This document shows positions 37,401 to 52,400 of a stretch of 64,000 bases of DNA, piece after piece. Source of the DNA: Eledone cirrhosa (Eukaryota); the NCBI GenBank assembly GCA_964016885.1, contig OZ024764.1:20708001-20772000 (forward strand), in the 5' to 3' direction. The position numbers and the translations under genes are program-made. Below the pieces are notes generated by a model. It worked only from the letters and a program-made list of their open reading frames with translations, was not told where the DNA came from and did no database searches. How positions within the stretch are numbered: position 1 is the first letter of the stretch; every line of letters starts with the position of its first letter.

Positions 37401-40400
37401 TCACTAATAACTACTTTTATCAGTCAGTATAATCTAATGTCACTAATAACTACTTTTATCAGTCAGTATAATCTAATGTCACTAATAACTACTTTTATCA
37501 GTCAGTATAATCTAATGTCACTAATAACTACTTTTATCAGTCAGTATAATCTAATGTCACTAATAACTACTTTTATCAGTCAGTATAATCTAATGTCACT
37601 AATAACTACTTTTATCAGTCAGTATAATCTAATGTCACTAATAACTACTTTTATCAGTAAGTATAATCTAATCTCACTAATAACTACTTTTATCAGTCAG
37701 TTCAATCTAATGTCACTAATAACTACTTTTATCAGTCAGTATAATCTAATTTCACTAATAACTACTTTTATCAGTCAGTATAATCTAATGTCACTAATAA
37801 CTACTTTTATCAGTCAGTATAATCTAATGTCACTAATAACTACTTTTATCAGTCAGTATAATCTAATGTCACTAATAACTACTTTTATCAGTCAGTTTAA
37901 TCTAATCTCACTAATAACTACTTTTATCAGTCAGTATAATCTAATCTCACTAATAACTACTTTTATCAGTCAGTATAATCTAATGTCACTAATAACTACT
38001 TTTATCAGTCAGTTTAATCTAATCTCACTAATAACTACTTTTATCAGTCAGTTTAATCTAATGTAACTAATAACTACTTTTATCAGTCAGTATAATCTAA
38101 TCTCACTAATAACTACTTTTATCAGTCAGTTTAATCTAATCTCACTAATAACTACTTTTATCTGTCAGTTTAATCTAATATAACTAATAACTACTTTTAT
38201 CAGTCAGTTTAATCTAATCTCACTAATAACTACTTTTATCAGTCAGTTTAATCTAATCTCACTAATAACTACTTTTATCAGTCAGTTTAATCTAATGCCA
38301 CTAATAACTACTTTTATCAGTCAGTTTAATCTAATGCCACTAATAACTACTTTTATCAGTCAGTTTAATCTAATGTCACTAATAACTACTTTTATCAGTC
38401 AGTTTAATCTACTGTCACTAATAACTACTTTTATCAGTCAGTATAATCTAATGTCACTAATAACTACTTTTATCAGTCAGTTCAATCTAATCTCACTAAT
38501 AACTACTTTTATCAGTCAGTTTAATCTAATCTCACTAATAACTACTTTTATCAGTCAGTATAATCTAATCTCACTAATAAATACTTTTATCAGTTAGTTT
38601 AATCTAATCTCACTAATAACTACTTTTATCAGTCAGTATAATCTAATGTCACTAATAACTACTTTTATCAGTCAGTTTAATCTAATCTCACTAATAACTA
38701 CTTTTATCAGTCAGTATAATCTAAATTCACTAATAACTACTTTTATCAGTCAGTTTAATCTAATCTCACTAATAACTACTTTTATCAGTCAGTTTAATCT
38801 AATCTCACTAATAACTACTTTTATCAGTCAGTTCAATCTAATGTCACTAATAACTACTTTTATCAGTCAGTATAATCTAATTTCACTAATAACTACTTTT
38901 ATCAGTCAGTATAATCTAATGTCACTAATAACTACTTTTATCAGTCAGTATAATCTAATGTCATTAATAACTACTTTTATCAGTCAGTATAATCTAATGT
39001 CACTAATAACTACTTTTATCAGTCAGTATAATCTAATGTCACTAATAACTACTTTTATCAGTCAGTATAATCTAATGTCACTAATAACTACTTTTATCAG
39101 TCAGTATAATCTAATGTCACTAATAACTACTTTTATCAGTCAGTATAATCTAATGTCACTAATAACTACTTTTATCAGTCAGTATAATCTAATGTCACTA
39201 ATAACTACTTTTATCAGTCAGTATAATCTAATGTCACTAATAACTACTTTTATCAGTCAGTATAATCTAATCTCACTAATAACTACTTTTATCAGTCAGT
39301 ATAATCTAATGTCACTAATAACTACTTTTATCAGTCAGTTTAATCTAATCTCACTAATAACTACTTTTATCAGTCAGTTTAATCTAATGTAACTAATAAC
39401 TACTTTTATCAGTCAGTATAATCTAATCTCACTAATAACTACTTTTATCAGTCAGTTTAATCTAATCTCACTAATAACTACTTTTATCAGTCAGTTTAAT
39501 CTAATCTCACTAATAACTACTTTTATCAGTCAGTATAATCTAATCTCACTAATAACTACTTTTATCAGTCAGTATAATCTAATGTCACTAATAACTACTT
39601 TTATCAGTCAGTTTAATCTAATCTCACTAATAACTACTTTTATCAGTCAGTTTAATCTAATCTCACTAATAACTACTTTTATCAGTCAGTTCAATCTAAT
39701 GTCACTAATAACTACTTTTATCAGTCAGTATAATCTAATTTCACTAATAACTACTTTTATCAGTCAGTATAATCTAATGTCACTAATAACTACTTTTATC
39801 AGTCAGTATAATCTAATGTCACTAATAACTACTTTTATCAGTCAGTATAATCTAATGTCACTAATAACTACTTTTATCAGTCAGTATAATCTAATGTCAC
39901 TAATAACTACTTTTATCAGTCAGTATAATCTAATGTCACTAATAACTACTTTTATCAGTCAGTATAATCTAATGTCACTAATAACTACTTTTATCAGTCA
40001 GTATAATCTAATGTCACTAATAACTACTTTTATCAGTCAGTATAATCTAATGTCACTAATAACTACTTTTATCAGTCAGTATAATCTAATGTCACTAATA
40101 ACTACTTTTATCAGTCAGTATAATCTAATGTCACTAATAACTACTTTTATCAGTCAGTTTAATCTAATGTAACTAATAACTACTTTTATCAGTCAGTATA
40201 ATCTAATCTCACTAATAACTACTTTTATCAGTCAGTTTAATCTAATCTCACTAATAACTACTTTTATCTGTCAGTTTAATCTAATATAACTAATAACTAC
40301 TTTTATCAGTCAGTTTAATCTAATCTCACTAATAACTACTTTTATCAGTCAGTTTAATCTAATCTCACTAATAACTACTTTTATCAGTCAGTATAATCTA

Positions 40401-43400
40401 ATGTCACTAATAACTACTTTTATCAGTCAGTATAATCTAATCTCACTAATAACTACTTTTATCAGTCAGTATAATCTAATGTCACTAATAACTACTTTTA
40501 TCAGTCAGTTTAATCTAATGCCACTAATAACTACTTTTATCAGTCAGTTTAATCTAATGCCACTAATAACTACTTTTATCAGTCAGTTTAATCTAATGTC
40601 ACTAATAACTACTTTTATCAGTCAGTATAATCTAATGTCACTAATAACTACTTTTATCAGTCAGTTTAATCTAATGTCACTAATAACTACTTTTATCAGT
40701 CAATATAATCTAATGTCACTAATAACTACTTTTATCAGTCAGTATAATCTAATGTCACTAATAACTACTTTTATCTGTCAGTATAATCTAAAGTCACTAA
40801 TAACTACTTTTATCAGTCAATATAATCTAATGTCACTAATAACTACTTTTATCAGTCAGTTTAATCTAATGTCACTAATAACTACTTTTATCAGTCAGTT
40901 TAATCTAATGTCACTAATAACTACTTTTATCAGTCAGTATAATCTAATGTCACTAATAACTACTTTTATCAGTCAGTTTAATCTAATGTCACTAATAACT
41001 ACTTTTATCAGTCAGTATAATCTAATGTCACTACTAACTACTTTTATCAGTCAGTATAATCTAATGTCACTAATAACTACTTTTATCAGTCAGTTTAATC
41101 TAATGCCACTAATAACTACTTTTATCAGTCAGTATAATCTAATGTCACTAATAACTACTTTTATCTGTCAGTATAATCTAAAGTCACTAATAACTACTTT
41201 TATCAGTCAGTATAATCTAATGTCACTACTAACTACTTTTATCAGTCAGTATAATCTAATGTCACTAATAACTACTTTTATCAGTCAGTTTAATCTAATG
41301 CCACTAATAACTACTTTTATCAGTCAGTATAATCTAATGTCACTAATAACTACTTTTATCTGTCAGTATAATCTAAAGTCACTAATAACTACTTTTATCA
41401 GTCAGTATAATCTAATGTCACTAATAACTACTTTTATCAGTCAGTTTAATCTAATGCCACTAATAACTACTTTTATCAGTCAGTTTAATCTAATGTCACT
41501 AATAACTACTTTTATCAGTCAGTTTAATCTAATGTCACTAATAACTACTTTTATCAGTCAGTTTAATCTAATGTCACTAATAACTACTTTTATCAGTCAG
41601 TTTAATCTAATCTCACTAATAACTACTTTTATCAGTCAGTTTAATCTAATGTCACTAATAACTACTTTTATCAGTCAGTTTAATCTAATCTCACTAATAA
41701 CTACTTTTATCAGTCAGTTTAATCTAATGTCACTAATAACTACTTTTATCTGTCAGTTTAATCTAATCTCACTAATAACTACTTTTATTAGTCAGTTTAA
41801 TATAATGTCACTAATAACTACTTTTATCAGTCAGTTTAATCTAATCTCACTAATAACTACTTTTATCAGTCAGTTTAATCTAATGTCACTAATAACTACT
41901 TTTATCTGTCAGTTTAATCTAATCTCACTAATAACTACTTTTATCAGTCAGTTTAATCTAATGTCACTAATAACTACTTTTATCAGTCAGTTTAATCTAA
42001 TCTCACTAATAACTACTTTTATTAGTCAGTTTAATATAATGTCACTAATAACTACTTTTATCAGTCAGTTTAATCTAATCTCACTAATAACTACTTTTAT
42101 TAGTCAGTTTAATATAATGTCACTAATAACTACTTTTATCAGTCAGTATAATCTAATCTCACTAATAACTACTTTTATCAGTGAGTATAATCTAATGTCA
42201 CTAATAACTACTTTTATCAGTCAGTTTAATCTAATCTCACTAATAACTACTTTTATTAGTCAGTTTAATATAATGTCACTAATAACTACTTTTATCAGTC
42301 AGTATAATCTAATCTCACTAATAACTACTTTTATCAGTCAGTATAATCTAATGTCACTAATAACTACTTTTATCAGTCAGTTTAATCTAATGTCACTAAT
42401 AACTACTTTTATTAGTCAGTTTAATATAATGTCACTAATAACTACTTTTATCAGTCAGTTTAATCTAATCTCACTAATAACTACTTTTATTAGTCAGTTT
42501 AATATAATGTCACTAATAACTACTTTTATCAGTCAGTTTAATCTAATCTCACTAATAACTACTTTTATTAGTCAGTTTAATATAATGTCACTAATAACTA
42601 CTTTTATCAGTCAGTATAATCTAATGTCACTAATAACTACTTTTATCAGTCAGTATAATCTAATGTCACTAATAACTACTTTTATCAGTCAGTATAATCT
42701 AATGTCACTAATAACTACTTTTATCAGTCAGTATAATCTAATGTCACTAATAACTACTTTTATCAGTCAGTATAATCTAATGTCACTAATAACTACTTTT
42801 ATCAGTCAGTATAATCTAATGTCACTAATAACTACTTTTATCAGTCAGTATAATCTAATGTCACTAATAACTACTTTTATCAGTCAGTATAATCTAATGT
42901 CACTAATAACTACTTTTATCAGTCAGTATAATCTAATGTCACTAATAACTACTTTTATCAGTCAGTATAATCTAATGTCACTAATAACTACTTTTATCAG
43001 TCAGTATAATCTAATGTCACTAATAACTACTTTTATCAGTCAGTATAATCTAACGTCACTAATAACTACTTTTATCAGTCAGTATAATCTAATCTCACTA
43101 ATAACTACTTTTATCAGTCAGTTCAATCTAATGTCACTAATAACTACTTTTATCAGTCAGTATAATCTAATTTCACTAATAACTACTTTTATCAGTCAGT
43201 ATAATCTAATGTCACTAATAACTACTTTTATCAGTCAGTATAATCTAATGTCACTAATAACTACTTTTATCAGTCAGTATAATCTAATGTCACTAATAAC
43301 TACTTTTATCAGTCAGTATAATCTAATGTCACTAATAACTACTTTTATCAGTCAGTATAATCTAATGTCACTAATAACTACTTTTATCAGTCAGTATAAT

Positions 43401-46400
43401 CTAATGTCACAAATAACTACTTTTATCAGTCAGTATAATCTAATGTCACTAATAACTACTTTTATCAGTCAGTATAATCTAATGTCACTAATAACTACTT
43501 TTATCAGTCAGTATAATCTAACGTCACTAATAACTACTTTTATCAGTCAGTATAATCTAATCTCACTAATAACTACTTTTATCAGTCAGTTCAATCTAAT
43601 GTCACTAATAACTACTTTTATCAGTCAGTATAATCTAATTTCACTAATAACTACTTTTATCAGTCAGTATAATCTAATGTCACTAATAACTACTTTTATC
43701 AGTCAGTATAATCTAATGTCACTAATAACTACTTTTATCAGTCAGTATAATCTAATGTCACTAATAACTACTTTTATCAGTCAGTTTAATCTAATCTCAC
43801 TAATAACTACTTTTATCAGTCAGTATAATCTAATCTCACTAATAACTACTTTTATCAGTCAGTATAATCTAATGTCACTAATAACTACTTTTATCAGTCA
43901 GTTTAATCTAATCTCACTAATAACTACTTTTATCAGTCAGTTTAATCTAATGTAACTAATAACTACTTTTATCAGTCAGTATAATCTAATCTCACTAATA
44001 ACTACTTTTATCAGTCAGTTTAATATAATGTCACTAATAACTACTTTTATCAGTCAGTTTAATCTAATCTCACTAATAACTACTTTTATCAGTCAGTTTA
44101 ATCTAATCTCACTAATAACTACTTTTATCAGTCAGTATAATCTAATCTCACTAATAACTACTTTTATCAGTCAGTATAATCTAATGTCACTAATAACTAC
44201 TTTTATCAGTCAGTTTAATCTAATCTCACTAATAACTACTTTTATCAGTCAGTTTAATCTAATCTCACTAATAACTACTTTTATCAGTCAGTTCAATCTA
44301 ATGTCACTAATAACTACTTTTATCAGTCAGTATAATCTAATTTCACTAATAACTACTTTTATCAGTCAGTATAATCTAATGTCACTAATAACTACTTTTA
44401 TCAGTCAGTATAATCTAATGTCACTAATAACTACTTTTATCAGTAAGTATAATCTAATCTCACTAATAACTACTTTTATCAGTCAGTTCAATCTAATGTC
44501 ACTAATAACTACTTTTATCAGTCAGTATAATCTAATTTCACTAATAACTACTTTTATCAGTCAGTATAATCTAATGTCACTAATAACTACTTTTATCAGT
44601 CAGTATAATCTAATGTCACTAATAACTACTTTTATCAGTCAGTATAATCTAATGTCACTAATAACTACTTTTATCAGTCAGTTTAATCTAATCTCACTAA
44701 TAACTACTTTTATCAGTCAGTATAATCTAATCTCACTAATAACTACTTTTATCAGTCAGTATAATCTAATGTCACTAATAACTACTTTTATCAGTCAGTT
44801 TAATCTAATCTCACTAATAACTTCTTTTATCAGTCAGTTTAATCTAATGTAACTAATAACTACTTTTATCAGTCAGTATAATCTAATCTCACTAATAACT
44901 ACTTTTATCAGTCAGTTTAATCTAATCTCACTAATAACTACTTTTATCTGTCAGTTTAATCTAATATAACTAATAACTACTTTTATCAGTCAGTTTAATC
45001 TAATCTCACTAATTACTTTTATCAGTCAGTTTAATCTAATCTCACTAATAACTACTTTTATCAGTCAGTATAATCTAATGTCACTAATAACTACTTTTAT
45101 CAGTCAGTATAATCTAATCTCACTAATAACTACTTTTATCAGTCAGTATAATCTAAAGTCACTAATAACTACTTTTATCAGTCAGTATAATCTAATGTCA
45201 CTAATAACTACTTTTATCAGTCAGTTTAATCTAAAGTCACTAATAACTACTTTTATCAGTCAATATAATCTAATGTCACTAATAACTACTTTTATCAGTC
45301 AGTATAATCTAATGTCACTAATAACTACTTTTATCAGTCAGTATAATCTAAAGTCACTAATAACTACTTTTATCAGTCAGTATAATCTAATGTCACTAAT
45401 AACTACTTTTATCAGTCAATATAATCTAATGTCACTAATAACTACTTTTATCAGTCAGTATAATCTAATGTCACTAATAACTACTTTTATCAGTCAATAT
45501 AATCTAATGTCACTAATAACTACTTTTATCAGTCAGTATAATCTAATGTCACTAATAACTACTTTTATCAGTCAGTATAATCTAATGTCACTAATAACTA
45601 CTTTTATCTGTCAGTATAATCTAAAGTCACTAATAACTACTTTTATCAGTCAATATAATCTAATGTCACTAATAACTACTTTTATCAGTCAGTTTAATCT
45701 AAAGTCACTAATAACTACTTTTATCAGTCAGTATAATCTAATGTCACTAATAACTACTTTTATCAGTCAATATAATCTAATGTCACTAATAACTACTTTT
45801 ATCAGTCAGTTTAATCTACTGCCACTAATAACTACTTTTATCAGTCAGTATAATCTAATGTCACTAATAACTACTTTTATCTGTCAGTATAATTTAAAGT
45901 CACTAATAACTACTTTTATCAGTCAATATAATCTAATGTCACTAATAACTACTTTTATCAGTCAGTATAATCTACTGTCACTAATAACTACTTTTATCAG
46001 TCAGTTTAATCTACTGCCACTAATAACTACTTTTATCAGTCAGTATAATCTAATGTCACTAATAACTACTTTTATCTGTCAGTATAATTTAAAGTCACTA
46101 ATAACTACTTTTATCAGTCAATATAATCTAATGTCACTAATAACTACTTTTATCAGTCAGTATAATCTAATGTCACTAATAACTACTTTTATCAGTCAAT
46201 ATAATCTAATGTCACTAATAACTACTTTTATCAGTCAGTTTAATCTACTGCCACTAATAACTACTTTTATCAGTCAGTATAATCTAATGTCACTAATAAC
46301 TACTTTTATCTGTCAGTATAATCTAAAGTCACTAATAACTACTTTTATCAGTCAATATAATCTAATGTCACTAATAACTACTTTTATCAGTCAGTTTAAT

Positions 46401-49400
46401 CTAATGTAATAACTACTTTTATCAGTCAGTATAATCTAATGTCACTAATAACTACTTTTATCAGTCAGTTTAATCTAATGCCACTAATAACTACTTTTAT
46501 CAGTCAGTATAATCTAATGTCACTAATAACTACTTTTATCTGTCAGTATAATCTAAAGTCACTAATAACTACTTTTATCAGTCAGTATAATTTAATGTCA
46601 CTACTAACTACTTTTATCAGTCAGTATAATCTAATGTCACTAATAACTACTTTTATCAGTCAGTTTAATCTAATGCCACTAATAACTACTTTTATCAGTC
46701 AGTATAATCTAATGTCACTAATAACTACTTTTATCTGTCAGTATAATCTAAAGTCACTAATAACTACTTTTATCAGTCAGTATAATCTAATGTCACTAAT
46801 AACTACTTTTATCAGTCAGTTTAATCTAATGCCACTAATAACTACTTTTATCAGTCAGTTTAATCTAATGTCACTAATAACTACTTTTATCAGTCAGTTT
46901 AATCTAATCTCACTAATAACTACTTTTATCAGTCAGTTTAATCTAATGTCACTAATAACTACTTTTATCAGTCAGTTTAATCTAATGTCACTAATAACTA
47001 CTTTTATCAGTCAGTTTAATCTAATCTCACTAATAACTACTTTTATCAGTCAGTTTAATCTAATGTCACTAATAACTACTTTTATCAGTCAGTTTAATCT
47101 AATGTCACTAATAACTACTTTTATCAGTCAGTTTAATCTAATCTCACTAATAACTACTTTTATCAGTCAGTTTAATCTAATGTCACTAATAACTACTTTT
47201 ATCAGTCAGTTTAATCTAATGTCACTAATAACTACTTTTATCAGTCAGTTTAATCTAATCTCACTAATAACTACTTTTATCAGTCAGTTTAATCTAATGT
47301 CACTAATAACTACTTTTATCAGTCAGTTTAATCTAATGTCACTAATAACTACTTTTATCAGTCAGTTTAATCTAATCTCACTAATAACTACTTTTATCAG
47401 TCAGTTTAATCTAATGTCACTAATAACTACTTTTATCAGTCAGTTTAATCTAATCTCACTAATAACTACTTTTATCAGTCAGTTTAATCTAATGTCACTA
47501 ATAACTACTTTTATCAGTCAGTTTAATCTAATCTCACTAATAACTACTTTTATCAGTCAGTTTAATCTAATGTCACTAATAACTACTTTTATCAGTCAGT
47601 TTAATCTAATCTCACTAATAACTACTTTTATTAGTCAGTTTAATATAATGTCACTAATAACTACTTTTATCAGTCAGTTTAATCTAATCTCACTAATAAC
47701 TACTTTTATTAGTCAGTTTAATATAATGTCACTAATAACTACTTTTATCAGTCAGTATAATCTAATCTCACTAATAACTACTTTTATCAGTGAGTATAAT
47801 CTAATGTCACTAATAACTACTTTTATCAGTCAGTTTAATCTAATCTCACTAATAACTACTTTTATTAGTCAGTTTAATATAATGTCACTAATAACTACTT
47901 TTATCAGTCAGTATAATCTAATCTCACTAATAACTACTTTTATCAGTCAGTATAATCTAATGTCACTAATAACTACTTTTATCAGTCAGTTTAATCTAAT
48001 GTCACTAATAACTACTTTTATTAGTCAGTTTAATATAATGTCACTAATAACTACTTTTATCAGTCAGTTTAATCTAATCTCACTAATAACTACTTTTATT
48101 AGTCAGTTTAATATAATGTCACTAATAACTACTTTTATCAGTCAGTTTAATCTAATCTCACTAATAACTACTTTTATTAGTCAGTTTAATATAATGTCAC
48201 TAATAACTACTTTTATCAGTCAGTATAATCTAATGTCACTAATAACTACTTTTATCAGTCAGTATAATCTAATGTCACTAATAACTACTTTTATCAGTCA
48301 GTATAATCTAATGTCACTAATAACTACTTTTATCAGTCAGTATAATCTAATGTCACTAATAACTACTTTTATCAGTCAGTATAATCTAATGTCACTAATA
48401 ACTACTTTTATCAGTCAGTATAATCTAATGTCACTAATAACTACTTTTATCAGTCAGTATAATCTAACGTCACTAATAACTACTTTTATCAGTCAGTATA
48501 ATCTAATCTCACTAATAACTACTTTTATCAGTCAGTTCAATCTAATGTCACTAATAACTACTTTTATCAGTCAGTATAATCTAATTTCACTAATAACTAC
48601 TTTTATCAGTCAGTATAATCTAATGTCACTAATAACTACTTTTATCAGTCAGTATAATCTAATGTCACTAATAACTACTTTTATCAGTCAGTATAATCTA
48701 ATGTCACTAATAACTACTTTTATCAGTCAGTATAATCTAATGTCACTAATAACTACTTTTATCAGTCAGTATAATCTAATGTCACTAATAACTACTTTTA
48801 TCAGTCAGTATAATCTAATGTCACTAATAACTACTTTTATCAGTCAGTTTAATCTAATGTCACTAATAACTACTTTTATCAGTCAGTATAATCTAATGTC
48901 ACTAATAACTACTTTTATCAGTCAGTATAATCTAATGTCACTAATAACTACTTTTATCAGTCAGTATAATCTAATGTCACTAATAACTACTTTTATCAGT
49001 CAGTATAATCTAATGTCACTAATAACTACTTTTATCAGTCAGTATAATCTAACGTCACTAATAACTACTTTTATCAGTCAGTATAATCTAATCTCACTAA
49101 TAACTACTTTTATCAGTCAGTTCAATCTAATGTCACTAATAACTACTTTTATCAGTCAGTATAATCTAATTTCACTAATAACTACTTTTATCAGTCAGTA
49201 TAATCTAATGTCACTAATAACTACTTTTATCAGTCAGTATAATCTAATGTCACTAATAACTACTTTTATCAGTCAGTATAATCTAATGTCACTAATAACT
49301 ACTTTTATCAGTCAGTATAATCTAATGTCACTAATAACTACTTTTATCAGTCAGTTTAATCTACTGCCACTAATAACTACTTTTATCAGTCAGTATAATC

Positions 49401-52400
49401 TAATGTCACTAATAACTACTTTTATCTGTCAGTATAATTTAAAGTCACTAATAACTACTTTTATCAGTCAATATAATCTAATGTCACTAATAACTACTTT
49501 TATCAGTCAGTATAATCTAATGTCACTAATAACTACTTTTATCAGTCAATATAATCTAATGTCACTAATAACTACTTTTATCTGTCAGTATAATCTAATG
49601 TCACTAATAACTACTTTTATCAGTCAGTTTAATCTACTGCCACTAATAACTACTTTTATCAGTCAGTATAATCTAATGTCACTAATAACTACTTTTATCT
49701 GTCAGTATAATTTAAAGTCACTAATAACTACTTTTATCAGTCAATATAATCTAATGTCACTAATAACTACTTTTATCAGTCAGTATAATCTAATGTCACT
49801 AATAACTACTTTTATCAGTCAATATAATCTAACGTCACTAATAACTACTTTTATCAGTCAGTTTAATCTACTGCCACTAATAACTACTTTTATCAGTCAG
49901 TATAATCTAATGTCACTAATAACTACTTTTATCTGTCAGTATAATCTAAAGTCACTAATAACTACTTTTATCAGTCAATATAATCTAATGTCACTAATAA
50001 CTACTTTTATCAGTCAGTTTAATCTAATGTCACTAATAACTACTTTTATCAGTCAGTATAATCTAATGTCACTAATAACTACTTTTATCAGTCAGTTTAA
50101 TCTAATGCCACTAATAACTACTTTTATCAGTCAGTATAATCTAATGTCACTAATAACTACTTTTATCTGTCAGTATAATCTAAAGTCACTAATAACTACT
50201 TTTATCAGTCAGTATAATTTAATGTCACTACTAACTACTTTTATCAGTCAGTATAATCTAATGTCACTAATAACTACTTTTATCAGTCAGTTTAATCTAA
50301 TGCCACTAATAACTACTTTTATCAGTCAGTATAATCTAATGTCACTAATAACTACTTTTATCTGTCAGTATAATCTAAAGTCACTAATAACTACTTTTAT
50401 CAGTCAGTATAATCTAATGTCACTAATAACTACTTTTATCAGTCAGTTTAATCTAATGCCACTAATAACTACTTTTATCAGTCAGTTTAATCTAATGTCA
50501 CTAATAACTACTTTTATCAGTCAGTTTAATCTAATCTCACTAATAACTACTTTTATCAGTCAGTTTAATCTAATGTCACTAATAACTACTTTTATCAGTC
50601 AGTTTAATCTAATGTCACTAATAACTACTTTTATCAGTCAGTTTAATCTAATCTCACTAATAACTACTTTTATCAGTCAGTTTAATCTAATGTCACTAAT
50701 AACTACTTTTATCAGTCAGTTTAATCTAATGTCACTAATAACTACTTTTATCAGTCAGTTTAATCTAATCTCACTAATAACTACTTTTATCAGTCAGTTT
50801 AATCTAATGTCACTAATAACTACTTTTATCAGTCAGTTTAATCTAATGTCACTAATAACTACTTTTATCAGTCAGTTTAATCTAATCTCACTAATAACTA
50901 CTTTTATCAGTCAGTTTAATCTAATGTCACTAATAACTACTTTTATCAGTCAGTTTAATCTAATGTCACTAATAACTACTTTTATCAGTCAGTTTAATCT
51001 AATCTCACTAATAACTACTTTTATCAGTCAGTTTAATCTAATGTCACTAATAACTACTTTTATCAGTCAGTTTAATCTAATCTCACTAATAACTACTTTT
51101 ATCAGTCAGTTTAATCTAATGTCACTAATAAGTACTTTTATCAGTCAGTTTAATCTAATCTCACTAATAACTACTTTTATCAGTCAGTTTAATCTAATGT
51201 CACTAATAACTACTTTTATCAGTCAGTTTAATCTAATCTCACTAATAACTACTTTTATTAGTCAGTTTAATATAATGTCACTAATAACTACTTTTATCAG
51301 TCAGTTTAATCTAATCTCACTAATAACTACTTTTATTAGTCAGTTTAATATAATGTCACTAATAACTACTTTTATCAGTCAGTATAATCTAATCTCACTA
51401 ATAACTACTTTTATCAGTGAGTATAATCTAATGTCACTAATAACTACTTTTATCAGTCAGTTTAATCTAATCTCACTAATAACTACTTTTATTAGTCAGT
51501 TTAATATAATGTCACTAATAACTACTTTTATCAGTCAGTATAATCTAATCTCACTAATAACTACTTTTATCAGTCAGTATAATCTAATGTCACTAATAAC
51601 TACTTTTATCAGTCAGTTTAATCTAATGTCACTAATAACTACTTTTATTAGTCAGTTTAATATAATGTCACTAATAACTACTTTTATCAGTCAGTTTAAT
51701 CTAATCTCACTAATAACTACTTTTATTAGTCAGTTTAATATAATGTCACTAATAACTACTTTTATCAGTCAGTTTAATCTAATCTCACTAATAACTACTT
51801 TTATTAGTCAGTTTAATATAGTGTCACTAATAACTACTTTTATCAGTCAGTATAATCTAATGTCACTAATAACTACTTTTATCAGTCAGTATAATCTAAT
51901 GTCACTAATAACTACTTTTATCAGTCAGTATAATCTAATGTCACTAATAACTACTTTTATCAGTCAGTATAATCTAATGTCACTAATAACTACTTTTATC
52001 AGTCAGTATAATCTAATGTCACTAATAACTACTTTTATCAGTCAGTATAATCTAATGTCACTAATAACTACTTTTATCAGTCAGTATAATCTAACGTCAC
52101 TAATAACTACTTTTATCAGTCAGTATAATCTAATCTCACTAATAACTACTTTTATCAGTCAGTTCAATCTAATGTCACTAATAACTACTTTTATCAGTCA
52201 GTATAATCTAATTTCACTAATAACTACTTTTATCAGTCAGTATAATCTAATGTCACTAATAACTACTTTTATCAGTCAGTATAATCTAATGTCACTAATA
52301 ACTACTTTTATCAGTCAGTATAATCTAATGTCACTAATAACTACTTTTATCAGTCAGTATAATCTAATGTCACTAATAACTACTTTTATCAGTCAGTATA